This document shows, in pieces, positions 41,040 to 50,614 of a stretch of DNA of 64,000 nucleotides. This stretch comes from Escherichia phage VEc20, in the sequence record MN022785.1; one strand, written 5' to 3'. How positions within the stretch are numbered: position 1 is the first letter of the stretch; each line of letters begins with the position of its first letter. The notes under the pieces are model-generated. The model was not told where the DNA came from. It saw nothing but the letters and a program-made list of their open reading frames with translations, and did no database searches. Both the position numbers and the translations under genes were made by a program.

Positions 41040-41945
41040 TTAAAGGTCATTCAAAAGGTCATCTAGGTCCGTGTCATCAGCACTAGATGAACTGCCAGAG
41101 CTTGAGCTCATAAAATCATCTTCAGTTTTTGTATTGAAGTCATCAACATTGAATGCATCCAAATCATCAGCAACTTTATCAGCTTTCTTAGCAGCAGTTG
41201 CAGCAGCACCGCCCATCACAGCAGTTCCCATAACTTGACCGAATTTAGTATTCAGTTCTTCAAATGATTTGAATTTATCTTTAGAAGTCATTTCAGAAAG
41301 GTCAACCATTTGTTCGAACAGTTCTTTCTGGAAAGATTCATCATCAATGTTTGGAATCGCAGATTGATTCAGGAATTTAGATTCATCGTAGTTACTAAAT
41401 CCGGAAACTTGTTTAACTTTCAGTACAAAGTTAGCACCTTCCCACGGACAAGTTACATCAACCGGAGTTTCACCCATTTCAACATCAACCGCAATCATTG
41501 CATTGATTTTATCCCAGATTTTCTTACCGAAACGATATTTAAATACTTTACCTTCATTTTCTGGAGCAGCTGGGTCTTTTACAACAAGAATATTAGCCCA
41601 GTAAGAAGTTTTACGTTTAACAAGACTGTACTCTTTATTGTCAGTGTTGTACAGATCATTTTTACTGATGTACTGACATACTGGGCAAGAATCGTAATCA
41701 CCATGGGTAGATGAACATGTTTCAATATACCATTTACCATTTTTCTTGAAACCGTGATTTACAAGAATTGCGAATGGTGCTTGTTCATCATTTTTAGACG
41801 GAAGAAAACGAATTACTGCTTGACCGTTACCCGCATTATCGAGTTTCAGTTTCCACTCGCCTTTATCTTCAGAAGAAAAACCTTTATTGCCATTCAGTTT
41901 AGCCATTTGTGCAGCAAGTTCAGCAGTAGATTTACGTTTAAACAT
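41040..41945 (-). CDS. 32: single-stranded DNA-binding protein gp32
   Basis: 301-aa [24 protein letters not shown]... with an acidic C-terminal tail. Confidence 0.95.
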
Positions 41946-42012
41946 TTTATTTCCTTTTTAATTTAATTTAATTAACAGTTGGTGCTATGACACTTTACCT
42001 CATAGCTGGCAT
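41946..42012 (-). promoter_or_regulatory. gene 32 translational operator (pseudoknot plus A/U-rich repeat)
   Basis: mRNA leader GCUAUGAGGUAAAGUGUCAUAGCACCAACUGUUAAUUAAAUUAAAUUAAAAAGGAAAUAAA-AUG matches the T4 gene 32 autoregulatory leader. Confidence 0.7.
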
Positions 42013-42632
42013 AATTCGCAATACTCTGGGTCTTCGAGAGGTATCCAACCTAAGTTGAAATACTTTACCATCGATTTAGCAGTTGTATCAGTTATATTTA
42101 TATTACCTTTAACTCTTCGCCATCCAGGAGTTTTACCGTACAGATTAGAGGATAATAATAACACATAATTCTCGTAAGCAATATGAGATAATTTCCAAGA
42201 CTCTATATTAGCTCGTGATGTTTTCCAAGGTCTAAAATCGTCACGGTTCATATAATTAGCCAATCTCATATGCTCTCTAACTTCCGGGTCTTTGGCTGGA
42301 TGAGTTTCACCACTCACACCAAATCCACCACCAGCATATACCAGATTAAAATAGTCTGGATTATCTCTTGCATTTACTTCAAGTTGGTATTTTCGTTCTG
42401 CTTCAATAACATCCAAGTCATCATCAATTTGAATTATTTTAACGCTCGGTTTTTGAAGCATTAGCGCATTCAAAAATCTTTTTTGTTTACATGAGCTCCA
42501 GTATTCCTTTCCGGAAGAGTCATATATTATTCCGTTCTCAAATGAGCAATTTAATTTACTACCGATATAATAGTATGGCGGAGTCTTATTTTTGACACGG
42601 TCTTCAAATGTAAACCAATATACTATATTCAT
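42000..42632 (-). CDS. segG: GIY-YIG homing endonuclease (segG-like)
   Basis: 210-aa ORF with N-terminal IVYWFTF...YYIGSK motif; between genes 59 and 32 as segG is in T4. Confidence 0.6.
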   Translation of the reverse strand: MNIVYWFTFEDRVKNKTPPYYYIGSKLNCSFENGIIYDSSGKEYWSSCKQKRFLNALMLQKPSVKIIQIDDDLDVIEAERKYQLEVNARDNPDYFNLVYAGGGFGVSGETHPAKDPEVREHMRLANYMNRDDFRPWKTSRANIESWKLSHIAYENYVLLLSSNLYGKTPGWRRVKGNINITDTTAKSMVKYFNLGWIPLEDPEYCELCQL

Positions 42633-42633
42633 A

Positions 42634-43287
42634 TCAATACTTGCAAGATTTCACAATTTCAATGAAAACATTTTTAGCTTTCTGTGAATCAATATTTAAA
42701 ATTTTTCTATAAGCCTTTAACTTTATAGAATAATTATTCCAGACTAAATTATCAGTCTGTTCATCGTGTTTATCAATTATATTTAAAAACGAATCAAGCA
42801 AGATAAACGTTTCAAACGAAATTATGTTCGATTGAAGTAGTTTAAAAATATAACTTGATTGAACTTTTGGATTATATTCAAAAATTTCTTTAAAAGCAGA
42901 AACTTCAACTTTTTTACTGAAATAGTAAATGTTGCGAATATCTTCTTCAAACTTAAATTTAATTTGCTTCAAGCGTCCGATATATTCACGATAAAACACA
43001 AGTGCATCAGCGTCAGAGATGTCGCCAATCCAAGCATCCTGGTTAGCAACCAGATTGCTTATAAAGATTAAAGCAAGTTCCTTTAATTTATATTTTTCTG
43101 ATAACTTCTGGAAAAAATACTTATCCCTTCGCTTTTGATAAGCGGCATCAGACACCCGCATGCACCAATTATACTTAATTACATCATACTTTCCATTCAT
43201 ATGTTGTTTTATCATTAAGTATAATTTATAAACTGATTTACCATCAATATATCTTTCACCACCAGCAGGCATGCGGAGTTTAATCAT
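42634..43287 (-). CDS. 59: helicase loader gp59
   Basis: 217-aa ORF, T4 gp59 length and position. Confidence 0.85.
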   Translation of the reverse strand: MIKLRMPAGGERYIDGKSVYKLYLMIKQHMNGKYDVIKYNWCMRVSDAAYQKRRDKYFFQKLSEKYKLKELALIFISNLVANQDAWIGDISDADALVFYREYIGRLKQIKFKFEEDIRNIYYFSKKVEVSAFKEIFEYNPKVQSSYIFKLLQSNIISFETFILLDSFLNIIDKHDEQTDNLVWNNYSIKLKAYRKILNIDSQKAKNVFIEIVKSCKY

Positions 43288-43622
43288 AGTAGAAAATCTA
43301 ATGTATTAGTTTTTTCACAACGAACAACAGAAGGACGTAAAAGATTTTCGTCAATAGCTTCTGACTGAATTTTTTCAATTATACCCGAAGGAATAAATTT
43401 AGCAAATTGAGTTTCAGGAATAGAATTTTCTTCCAAGAATGCTGTTGTAGCTTCAAGATAACTCATTCCAAACTCTTCTACCATTTTTTCAATAATAAAT
43501 CCATTTTCTTGACGATCAAGAAGCTTTGCTATTTCATCCTTTTCTTTCTTGATTGAAAGTTCTTTTTCTGAAAGACCGGTCTCATCGACCGGACGAATAT
43601 CATTTAGAGAAAACTGTGTCAT
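43284..43622 (-). CDS. 33: late transcription co-activator gp33
   Basis: 112 aa from ATG 43622 (MTQFSLNDIRPV...); the supplied ORF starts at an upstream TTG. Confidence 0.7.
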   Translation of the reverse strand: MTQFSLNDIRPVDETGLSEKELSIKKEKDEIAKLLDRQENGFIIEKMVEEFGMSYLEATTAFLEENSIPETQFAKFIPSGIIEKIQSEAIDENLLRPSVVRCEKTNTLDFLL

Positions 43623-43869
43623 AAAGTTCAACTACCTCTTCAGTTTCAGCTTCAAACACATCACGGTTATCTTTATGATACAAAGCTAACAAACGATTAA
43701 ACATCTTACCATCAACGCCAAGTTCATCTTTAGCACGAATTCGAATATCTTTAATCAGTTCATTATAACCGGAAATTTTCAGTTTATGATCAGATGCTTC
43801 TTTAATAAATTTAGCCAAGTCTTCGCCATGGATAGCTTCATCAAATTCAACCATTTCTTTTTTAGCCAT
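43600..43869 (-). CDS. dsbA: dsDNA-binding protein DsbA
   Basis: 89-aa ORF between rnh and gene 33. Confidence 0.65.
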   Translation of the reverse strand: MAKKEMVEFDEAIHGEDLAKFIKEASDHKLKISGYNELIKDIRIRAKDELGVDGKMFNRLLALYHKDNRDVFEAETEEVVELYDTVFSK

Positions 43870-43877
43870 TATTCACC

Positions 43878-44795
43878 TCAAAATTCATTAATGCTATTAG
43901 TTAATTTAGAAAGACCCGCTTTTACAAAATATGAATAAATTTTGCCACGCGGTGGTAATTTATATGAATTATAGTAATTCACAATGTTTGAAGCAATATT
44001 ATCAGGAATATAATCAAAATCAATTAGAACTAAATTTTCTTTATAACGATTATATTCAGATTCTGTGAGAAGCACCTTAGCTTGCTCACGGTCATTAGCA
44101 ATAGCTTCAACGATTGAAGTTTTCATTGAAGGAGTTCGTTCACCTTCAACTCTGGTAAACCAAAAGTCAGATCGTACTTTAACTGAAGCAACGTTATCCT
44201 TTTTGTCGCCCTTAAGGATTTTAGTCATACAGTCAATTTCAGCAGAACCGCTTTTAATTTTAACCCATTTCTTATGCATCGGTGACCATTGCTTAACATT
44301 TGGATATTTGTGAAGCTGTGTAAAGTCACCATCCGATGAAATGATTAAAATCTTATGTCCTTCTAAAGAGAACTTTTTAACAAGAACAGCAATGTGGTCA
44401 TCTGCTTCATACTTATCAATATCCATAACAATGTATGGCATATAAGCTTTCAATTCATCTATAACTTTATGGCTGGATTCAAAATAACCTTCCCAGTCCC
44501 AAGTAGATTCTTCTCGTGCTTTTCCACGGTTTTTCTTGTAATAATACGCGAAATCACGACGCCAATATCCAGATTTCGCGTTATCAATACACAGTACAAT
44601 TTTAGTGTATCCAAGTGTTTTTGCTTTTTTGACATTAAACTTAATTGAGTTCAATATCAAATGACGAACCATTGATAAATTAATTTTTTCTTTATCTGGG
44701 AAGTTTACCAGAGCAGTTGAAAGAGCAATTTGACTAAAGTCAATAAAGCAAATTCCTTCTTTGTAATCTTCATCCAGCATCATTTCTAAATCCAT
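43878..44795 (-). CDS. rnh: RNase H / 5'-3' exonuclease
   Basis: 305 aa from ATG 44795 (MDLEMMLDEDYKEG...) with RBS GAGG; the supplied ORF starts at an upstream TTG. Confidence 0.85.
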   Translation of the reverse strand: MDLEMMLDEDYKEGICFIDFSQIALSTALVNFPDKEKINLSMVRHLILNSIKFNVKKAKTLGYTKIVLCIDNAKSGYWRRDFAYYYKKNRGKAREESTWDWEGYFESSHKVIDELKAYMPYIVMDIDKYEADDHIAVLVKKFSLEGHKILIISSDGDFTQLHKYPNVKQWSPMHKKWVKIKSGSAEIDCMTKILKGDKKDNVASVKVRSDFWFTRVEGERTPSMKTSIVEAIANDREQAKVLLTESEYNRYKENLVLIDFDYIPDNIASNIVNYYNSYKLPPRGKIYSYFVKAGLSKLTNSINEF

Positions 44796-44824
44796 ATGAA
44801 CCTCGTTCAATTAGTGAGATTTCT

Positions 44825-44853
44825 ATTATATACTATCTAAATCTTAAAGTAAA
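44825..44853 (-). promoter_or_regulatory. early promoter (TTTACT-N17-TATAAT) for rnh
   Basis: Minus strand GTTTACT-17 bp-TATAAT about 23 nt upstream of the rnh ATG. Confidence 0.5.
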
Positions 44854-44857
44854 CAGG

Positions 44858-44865
44858 TATAAATA
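44858..44865 (+). promoter_or_regulatory. late promoter TATAAATA for gene 34
   Basis: Exact motif 35 nt upstream of the gene 34 ATG. Confidence 0.6.
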
Positions 44866-44899
44866 CTTATTATTGAAAACACAATAGGAGCCCGGGAGA

Positions 44900-47800
44900 A
44901 TGGCCGAGATTAAAAGAAAGTTCAGAGCAGAAGATGGTCTGGACGCAGGTGGCGATAAAATAATCAACGTAGCTTTAGCTGATCGTACCGTAGGAACTGA
45001 CGGTGTTAACGTTGATTACTTAATTCAAGAAAACACAGTTCAGCAATATGATCCAACTCGTGGATATTTAAAAGATTTTGTAATCATTTATAATAATCGT
45101 TTTTGGGCAGCAACGGATAATATTCCAAAACCTGCTGGAAATTTTAATAGAATTCGTTGGAAAGCATTACGTACTGATGCCGTATATACAACCGTATCAT
45201 CTGGACCATATCAATTAAAATCCGGAGAAGCAATTTCAGTAGATACATCAGTTGGCAATGACATTGAGTTTACTTTACCAGCTTCTCCGCTTGATGGAGA
45301 AACCGTAATAATTCAAGATATCGGTGGAAAACCTGGCATAAATCAGGTTAAAATAAATTCTTCAAATCAGAGTATTGTCAATTTTAGAGGTGAACAGGTA
45401 CGTTCAGTTTTAATGACTCATCCAAAGTCACAGATGGTATTCATTTTTAATAATCGTTTGTGGCAAATGTATATTGCTGATTATAGCAGAGAAGCTGCGA
45501 TTGTTACTCCATCGACTGCATATCAAGCACAATCTAATGATTTTATCGTACGTAGATTTACTTCTGCCGCGCCGATTAATGTTAAGCTCCCAAGATTTGC
45601 CAATCATGGAGATATCATTAATTTCGTTGATTTAGATAAATTAAATCCACTTTATCATACAATTGTTACGACATATGATGAAACGACGTCAGTGCAAGAA
45701 GTTGGAACTCATTCCATTGAAGGCCGTACATCGATTGACGGTTTCTTGATGTTTGATGATAATGAGAAATTGTGGAGATTGTTTGACGGGGATAGTAATG
45801 CGCGTTTACGCATTATAACAACTAATTCTAATATTCGTCCAAATGAAGAAGTCATGGTATTTGGCGCGAATAATGGAACAACCCAAACAATTGAACTTCA
45901 GCTTCCAACCGATATTTCCATTGGTGATACTGTTAAAATTTCCATGAATTACATGAGAAAAGGACAAACAGTTAAAATCAAAGCTGCCGGTGAAGATAAA
46001 ATTGCTTCTTCAGTTCAATTGCTGCAATTCCCAAAACGCTCAGAATATCCGCCTGAAGCTGAATGGGTAACAGTTCAAGAATTAGTTTTTAATGGTGAAA
46101 CTAATTATGTACCAGTTTTGCAACTTGCTTATATAGAAGATTCTAATGGAAAATACTGGGTTGTACAGCAAAACGTTCCGACAGTTGAAAGAGTCGATTC
46201 TTTAAATAATTCTACTAGAGCAAGATTAGGCGTAATTGCTTTAGCTACGCAAGCTCAAGCAAATGTCGATTTAGAAAATTCTCCACAAAAAGAATTAGCA
46301 ATTACTCCAGAAACGTTAGCTAATCGTACTGCTACTGAAACTCGCAGAGGTATTGCAAGAATAGCAACTACTGCTCAAGTGAATCAGAACACCACATTCT
46401 CTTTTGCAGATGACCTTATCATCACTCCTAAAAAGCTGAATGAAAGAACTGCTACAGAAACTCGTAGAGGTGTCGCTGAAATTGCTACGCAGCAGGAAAC
46501 TAATACAGGTACTGATGATACTACAATCATCACTCCTAAAAAGCTTCAAGCTCGTCAAGGTTCTGAATCATTATCTGGTATTGTAACTTTTGTATCTACC
46601 GCAGAAGCTACTCCAGCTTCTAGCCGTGAATTAAATGGTACGAATGTTTATAATAAAAACACTAATAATTTAGTTGTTTCACCTAAAGCTTTGGATCAGT
46701 ATAAAGCTACTCCAACGCAACAAGGCGCAGTAATTTTAGCAGTTGAAAGTGAAGTAATTGCTGGACAAAGCCAAGAAGGATGGGCAAATGCGGTTGTAAC
46801 GCCAGAAACGTTACATAAAAAGACATCAACTGATGCAAGAATTGGTTTAATTGAAATTGCTACACAAAGCGAAGTTAATACAGGAACTGATTATACTCGT
46901 GCAGTCACTCCTAAAACTTTAAATGACCGTAGAGCAACTGAAAGTTTAAGTGGTATAGCTGAAATTGCTACACAGGTTGAATTCGACGCAGGCGTCGACG
47001 ATACTCGTATCTCTACACCATTAAAAATTAAAACCAGATTTAATAGTACTGATCGTACTTCTGTTGTTGCTCTATCTGGATTAGTTGAATCAGGAACTCT
47101 CTGGGACCATTATACCCTTAATATTCTTGAAGCAAATGAGACACAGCGTGGTACACTTCGTGTAGCTACACAAGTTGAAGCTGCTGCAGGAACATTAGAT
47201 AATGTTTTGATAACTCCTAAAAAGCTTTTAGGTACTAAATCTACTGAAGCACAGGAAGGTGTCATTAAAGTTGCAACTCAGTCTGAAACTGTGGCTGGAA
47301 CGTCAGCAAATACTGCTGTATCTCCAAAAAATTTAAAATGGATTGTGCAGAGTGAACCTACTTGGGCAGCTACTACTGCAATAAGAGGTTTTGTTAAAAC
47401 TTCATCTGGTTCAATTACATTCGTTGGTAATGATACGGTAGGTTCAACACAGCCATTAGAATCATATGAGAAAAATGGTTATGCAGTATCACCATATGAA
47501 TTAAATCGCGTATTAGCAAATTATTTGCCATTAAAAGCAAAAGCTGTAGATAGTAATTTATTAGATGGTCTAGATTCGCTCCAGTTCATTCGTAGGGACA
47601 TTGCACAAACAGTTAATGGTTCACTAACCTTAACCCAACAAACGAATCTGAGTGCCCCTCTTGTATCATCTAGTACTGCTACATTCGGTGGATCAGTTTC
47701 AGCAAATAGTACATTAACTATTTCTAATACTGGAACGGCAACTCGTCTGATTTTTGAGAAAGGACCTCAAACTGGAACAAACCCAGCTCAAACGATGACA

Positions 47801-48769
47801 GTCAGAGTGTGGGGAAATCAATTTAGTGGGGAATCAGACACAACACGTTCTACCGTATTTGAAGTTAGTGATGAAACGTCTAGTCATTTTTATTCTCAGC
47901 GTAATAAAGCTGGAAATATAACATTTAATATCAACGGTACAGTAACACCGATAAATGTTAATGCTTCAGGAACATTGAATGCAAATGGTGTAGCAACATT
48001 TGGTAATTCAGTCACTGCAACTGGTGAAATTATTTCTCGAAGCGCAAATGCTTTCCGTGCTATTAACGGAAATTATGGTTTCATTGTTCGCAATGATGGG
48101 TCAGTAACGAATTTTATGCTTACTGCATCGGGTGATCAAACTGGCGTATTTAATGGATTGCGTCCTTTAGCTATTAATAATGCATCTGGCCAAGTAACGA
48201 TTGGTGAAAGCTTAATCATTGCAAAAGGTGCTACTATAAGTTCAGGCGGTTTAACTGTTAACTCGAGAATTCGTTCTCAGGGTACTAAAACCTCTGATTT
48301 ATATACCCGTGCGCCAACATCTGATACAGTAGGATTCTGGTCAATCGATATTAATGATTCAGCCACTTATAACCAGTTCCCGGGTTATTTTAAAATGGTT
48401 GAAAAAACTAATGAAGTGACTGGACTTCCATACTTAGAACGTGGTGAAGAAGTTAAATCTCCTGGTACATTGACTCAGTTTGGTAACACACTTGATTCAC
48501 TTTACCAAGATTGGATTACTTATCCAACGACCCCAGAAGCACGTACCACTCGCTGGACACGTACATGGCAGAAAACCAAAAACTCTTGGTCAAGTTTTGT
48601 TCAGGTATTTGACGGAGGTAACCCTCCTCAACCTTCAGATATAGGAGCGATCCCATCTGATAATGGAATAATAGGTAATCTTACTATTCGCGATTTCTTG
48701 CGAATTGGTAATGTTCGCATTATTCCTGACCCAGTGAATAAAACTGTTAAATTTGAGTGGATTGAATAA
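44900..48769 (+). CDS. 34: long tail fibre proximal subunit gp34
   Basis: 1289-aa ORF, T4 gp34 length, with repetitive beta-rich segments. Confidence 0.9.
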   Translation: MAEIKRKFRAEDGLDAGGDKIINVALADRTVGTDGVNVDYLIQENTVQQYDPTRGYLKDFVIIYNNRFWAATDNIPKPAGNFNRIRWKALRTDAVYTTVSSGPYQLKSGEAISVDTSVGNDIEFTLPASPLDGETVIIQDIGGKPGINQVKINSSNQSIVNFRGEQVRSVLMTHPKSQMVFIFNNRLWQMYIADYSREAAIVTPSTAYQAQSNDFIVRRFTSAAPINVKLPRFANHGDIINFVDLDKLNPLYHTIVTTYDETTSVQEVGTHSIEGRTSIDGFLMFDDNEKLWRLFDGDSNARLRIITTNSNIRPNEEVMVFGANNGTTQTIELQLPTDISIGDTVKISMNYMRKGQTVKIKAAGEDKIASSVQLLQFPKRSEYPPEAEWVTVQELVFNGETNYVPVLQLAYIEDSNGKYWVVQQNVPTVERVDSLNNSTRARLGVIALATQAQANVDLENSPQKELAITPETLANRTATETRRGIARIATTAQVNQNTTFSFADDLIITPKKLNERTATETRRGVAEIATQQETNTGTDDTTIITPKKLQARQGSESLSGIVTFVSTAEATPASSRELNGTNVYNKNTNNLVVSPKALDQYKATPTQQGAVILAVESEVIAGQSQEGWANAVVTPETLHKKTSTDARIGLIEIATQSEVNTGTDYTRAVTPKTLNDRRATESLSGIAEIATQVEFDAGVDDTRISTPLKIKTRFNSTDRTSVVALSGLVESGTLWDHYTLNILEANETQRGTLRVATQVEAAAGTLDNVLITPKKLLGTKSTEAQEGVIKVATQSETVAGTSANTAVSPKNLKWIVQSEPTWAATTAIRGFVKTSSGSITFVGNDTVGSTQPLESYEKNGYAVSPYELNRVLANYLPLKAKAVDSNLLDGLDSLQFIRRDIAQTVNGSLTLTQQTNLSAPLVSSSTATFGGSVSANSTLTISNTGTATRLIFEKGPQTGTNPAQTMTVRVWGNQFSGESDTTRSTVFEVSDETSSHFYSQRNKAGNITFNINGTVTPINVNASGTLNANGVATFGNSVTATGEIISRSANAFRAINGNYGFIVRNDGSVTNFMLTASGDQTGVFNGLRPLAINNASGQVTIGESLIIAKGATISSGGLTVNSRIRSQGTKTSDLYTRAPTSDTVGFWSIDINDSATYNQFPGYFKMVEKTNEVTGLPYLERGEEVKSPGTLTQFGNTLDSLYQDWITYPTTPEARTTRWTRTWQKTKNSWSSFVQVFDGGNPPQPSDIGAIPSDNGIIGNLTIRDFLRIGNVRIIPDPVNKTVKFEWIE

Positions 48770-48777
48770 GAGGTATT

Positions 48778-49893
48778 ATGGAAAAATTTATGGCAGAGTT
48801 TGGACAAGGATATGTCCAAACGCCATTTTTATCGGAAAGCAATTCAGTAAGATATAAAATAAGCATAGCGGGTTCTTGCCCGCTTTCTACTGCGGGGCCA
48901 TATGTTAAATTTCAGGATAATCCCGTTGGAAATCAAACATTTAGTGCAGGTCTTCATTTAAGAGTTTTTGACCCTTCTACGGGAGCATTAGTTGATAGCA
49001 AGTCATATGCTTTTTCTGCTTCAAACAATACAACATCTGCCGCTTTTGTCAGTTTCATGAATTCTTTGTCAAACAATAGACTTGTTGCTATATTAACTAG
49101 CGGAAAGGTTAATTTTCCTCCTGAAGTGGTATCTTGGTTAAGGGGAGCAGGAACTTCAGTTTTTCCATCAGATTCAGTATTGTCAAGATTTGACGTGTCA
49201 TATGCTGCTTTTTATACTTCTTCTAAAAGAGCTATTGCATTAGAGCATGTTAAACTAAGTAATAGAAAAAGCACAGATGATTATCAAACTATTTTAGATG
49301 TTGTATTTGATAGTTTAGAAGACGTCGGAGCTACAGGATTTCCTAAAAGAACATACGAAAGCGTTGAGCAATTTATGTCTGCGGTTGGAGGAACTAATAA
49401 TGAAATTGCGCGATTGCCAACTTCAGCTGCTATAAGTAAACTTTCTGACTACAATTTAATTCCTGGTGATGTTCTTTATCTTAAAGCACAACTATATGCT
49501 GATGCTGATTTACTTGATCTTGGAACTACAAATATATCTATTCGTTTTTATGATGCATCAAATGGATATATTTCCTCGACCCAAGCTGAGTTTACTGGGC
49601 AAGCTGGGTCTTGGGAATTAAAAGAAGATTATGTAGTTGTTCCTGAAAATGCAGTAGGATTTACGATATATGCACAAAGAACTGCCCAAGCAGGTCAAGG
49701 CGGCATGAGAAATTTAAGCTTTTCTGAAGTATCAAGAAATGGCGGCATTTCAAAACCTGCCGAATTTGGCGTCAACGGTATTCGCGTTAATTATGTCTGC
49801 GAATCGGCTTCACCTCCAGATATAATGGTACTTCCTACACAAGCCTCTTCTAAAACTGGCAAAGTGTTTGGGCAAGAATTTAGAGAAGTTTAA
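48778..49893 (+). CDS. 35: long tail fibre hinge protein gp35
   Basis: 371-aa ORF with RBS GAGG. Confidence 0.85.
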   Translation: MEKFMAEFGQGYVQTPFLSESNSVRYKISIAGSCPLSTAGPYVKFQDNPVGNQTFSAGLHLRVFDPSTGALVDSKSYAFSASNNTTSAAFVSFMNSLSNNRLVAILTSGKVNFPPEVVSWLRGAGTSVFPSDSVLSRFDVSYAAFYTSSKRAIALEHVKLSNRKSTDDYQTILDVVFDSLEDVGATGFPKRTYESVEQFMSAVGGTNNEIARLPTSAAISKLSDYNLIPGDVLYLKAQLYADADLLDLGTTNISIRFYDASNGYISSTQAEFTGQAGSWELKEDYVVVPENAVGFTIYAQRTAQAGQGGMRNLSFSEVSRNGGISKPAEFGVNGIRVNYVCESASPPDIMVLPTQASSKTGKVFGQEFREV

Positions 49894-49898
49894 ACTGA

Positions 49899-49925
49899 GG
49901 GAGCCTTCGGGTTCCCTTTTTCTTT
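49899..49925 (+). terminator. intrinsic terminator after gene 35
   Basis: GGGAGCC-TTCG-GGTTCCC followed by TTTTTCTTT. Confidence 0.55.
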
Positions 49926-49932
49926 ATAAATA
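49925..49932 (+). promoter_or_regulatory. late promoter TATAAATA for genes 36-37-38
   Basis: Exact motif 24 nt upstream of the gene 36 ATG. Confidence 0.6.
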
Positions 49933-49955
49933 ATATTAAAATAAAGGGGCATATA

Positions 49956-50606
49956 ATGGCTGATTTAAAAGTAGGTTCAACTGTAGGTGGATCTGTCATT
50001 TGGCATCAAGGAAATTTTCCATTGAATTCAGCCGGTGACGATGTACTCTACAAATCATTTAAAATATATTCAGAATATAATAAACCACAGGCAGCTGATA
50101 ACGATTTCGTTTCTAAAGCTAATGGTGGTACTTACACCGGTCCAATTACTATTAATTACGGGGTAAATAGTTATCTTCAATTAAGTAATAATGAAACCCC
50201 CATTCGAATTCGTTCTGGTGGCGGTACCGGTAATACTCTTGTAGTTGGCGGCTCTTCCGGCGGTATTAGTTTTAGACCTGCAGGTAGTGAAATCACTACT
50301 GGACAAATTACTATTACACCAGAAGGTTTGACAACATTTACCAGGGCTGTAACGGCTCCATCGGTAACTGTTACATCTACTCCTTCCGCAGCATCTGATG
50401 TTACTCGTAAAGATTATGTTGATGGAGCAATAAATACTGTTACAGCAAATGCAAACTCTAGGGTATTACGCTCTGGAGACACTATGACAGGAAATTTAAC
50501 TGCGCCAAACCTTTTTTCACAGAATCCTGCATCTCAACCTTCACACGTTCCACGATTTGACCAAATCGTAATTAAGGATTCTGTTCAAGATTTCGGCTAT
50601 TATTAA
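49956..50606 (+). CDS. 36: long tail fibre protein gp36
   Basis: 216-aa ORF between genes 35 and 37. Confidence 0.85.
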   Translation: MADLKVGSTVGGSVIWHQGNFPLNSAGDDVLYKSFKIYSEYNKPQAADNDFVSKANGGTYTGPITINYGVNSYLQLSNNETPIRIRSGGGTGNTLVVGGSSGGISFRPAGSEITTGQITITPEGLTTFTRAVTAPSVTVTSTPSAASDVTRKDYVDGAINTVTANANSRVLRSGDTMTGNLTAPNLFSQNPASQPSHVPRFDQIVIKDSVQDFGYY

Positions 50607-50614
50607 GAGGACTT

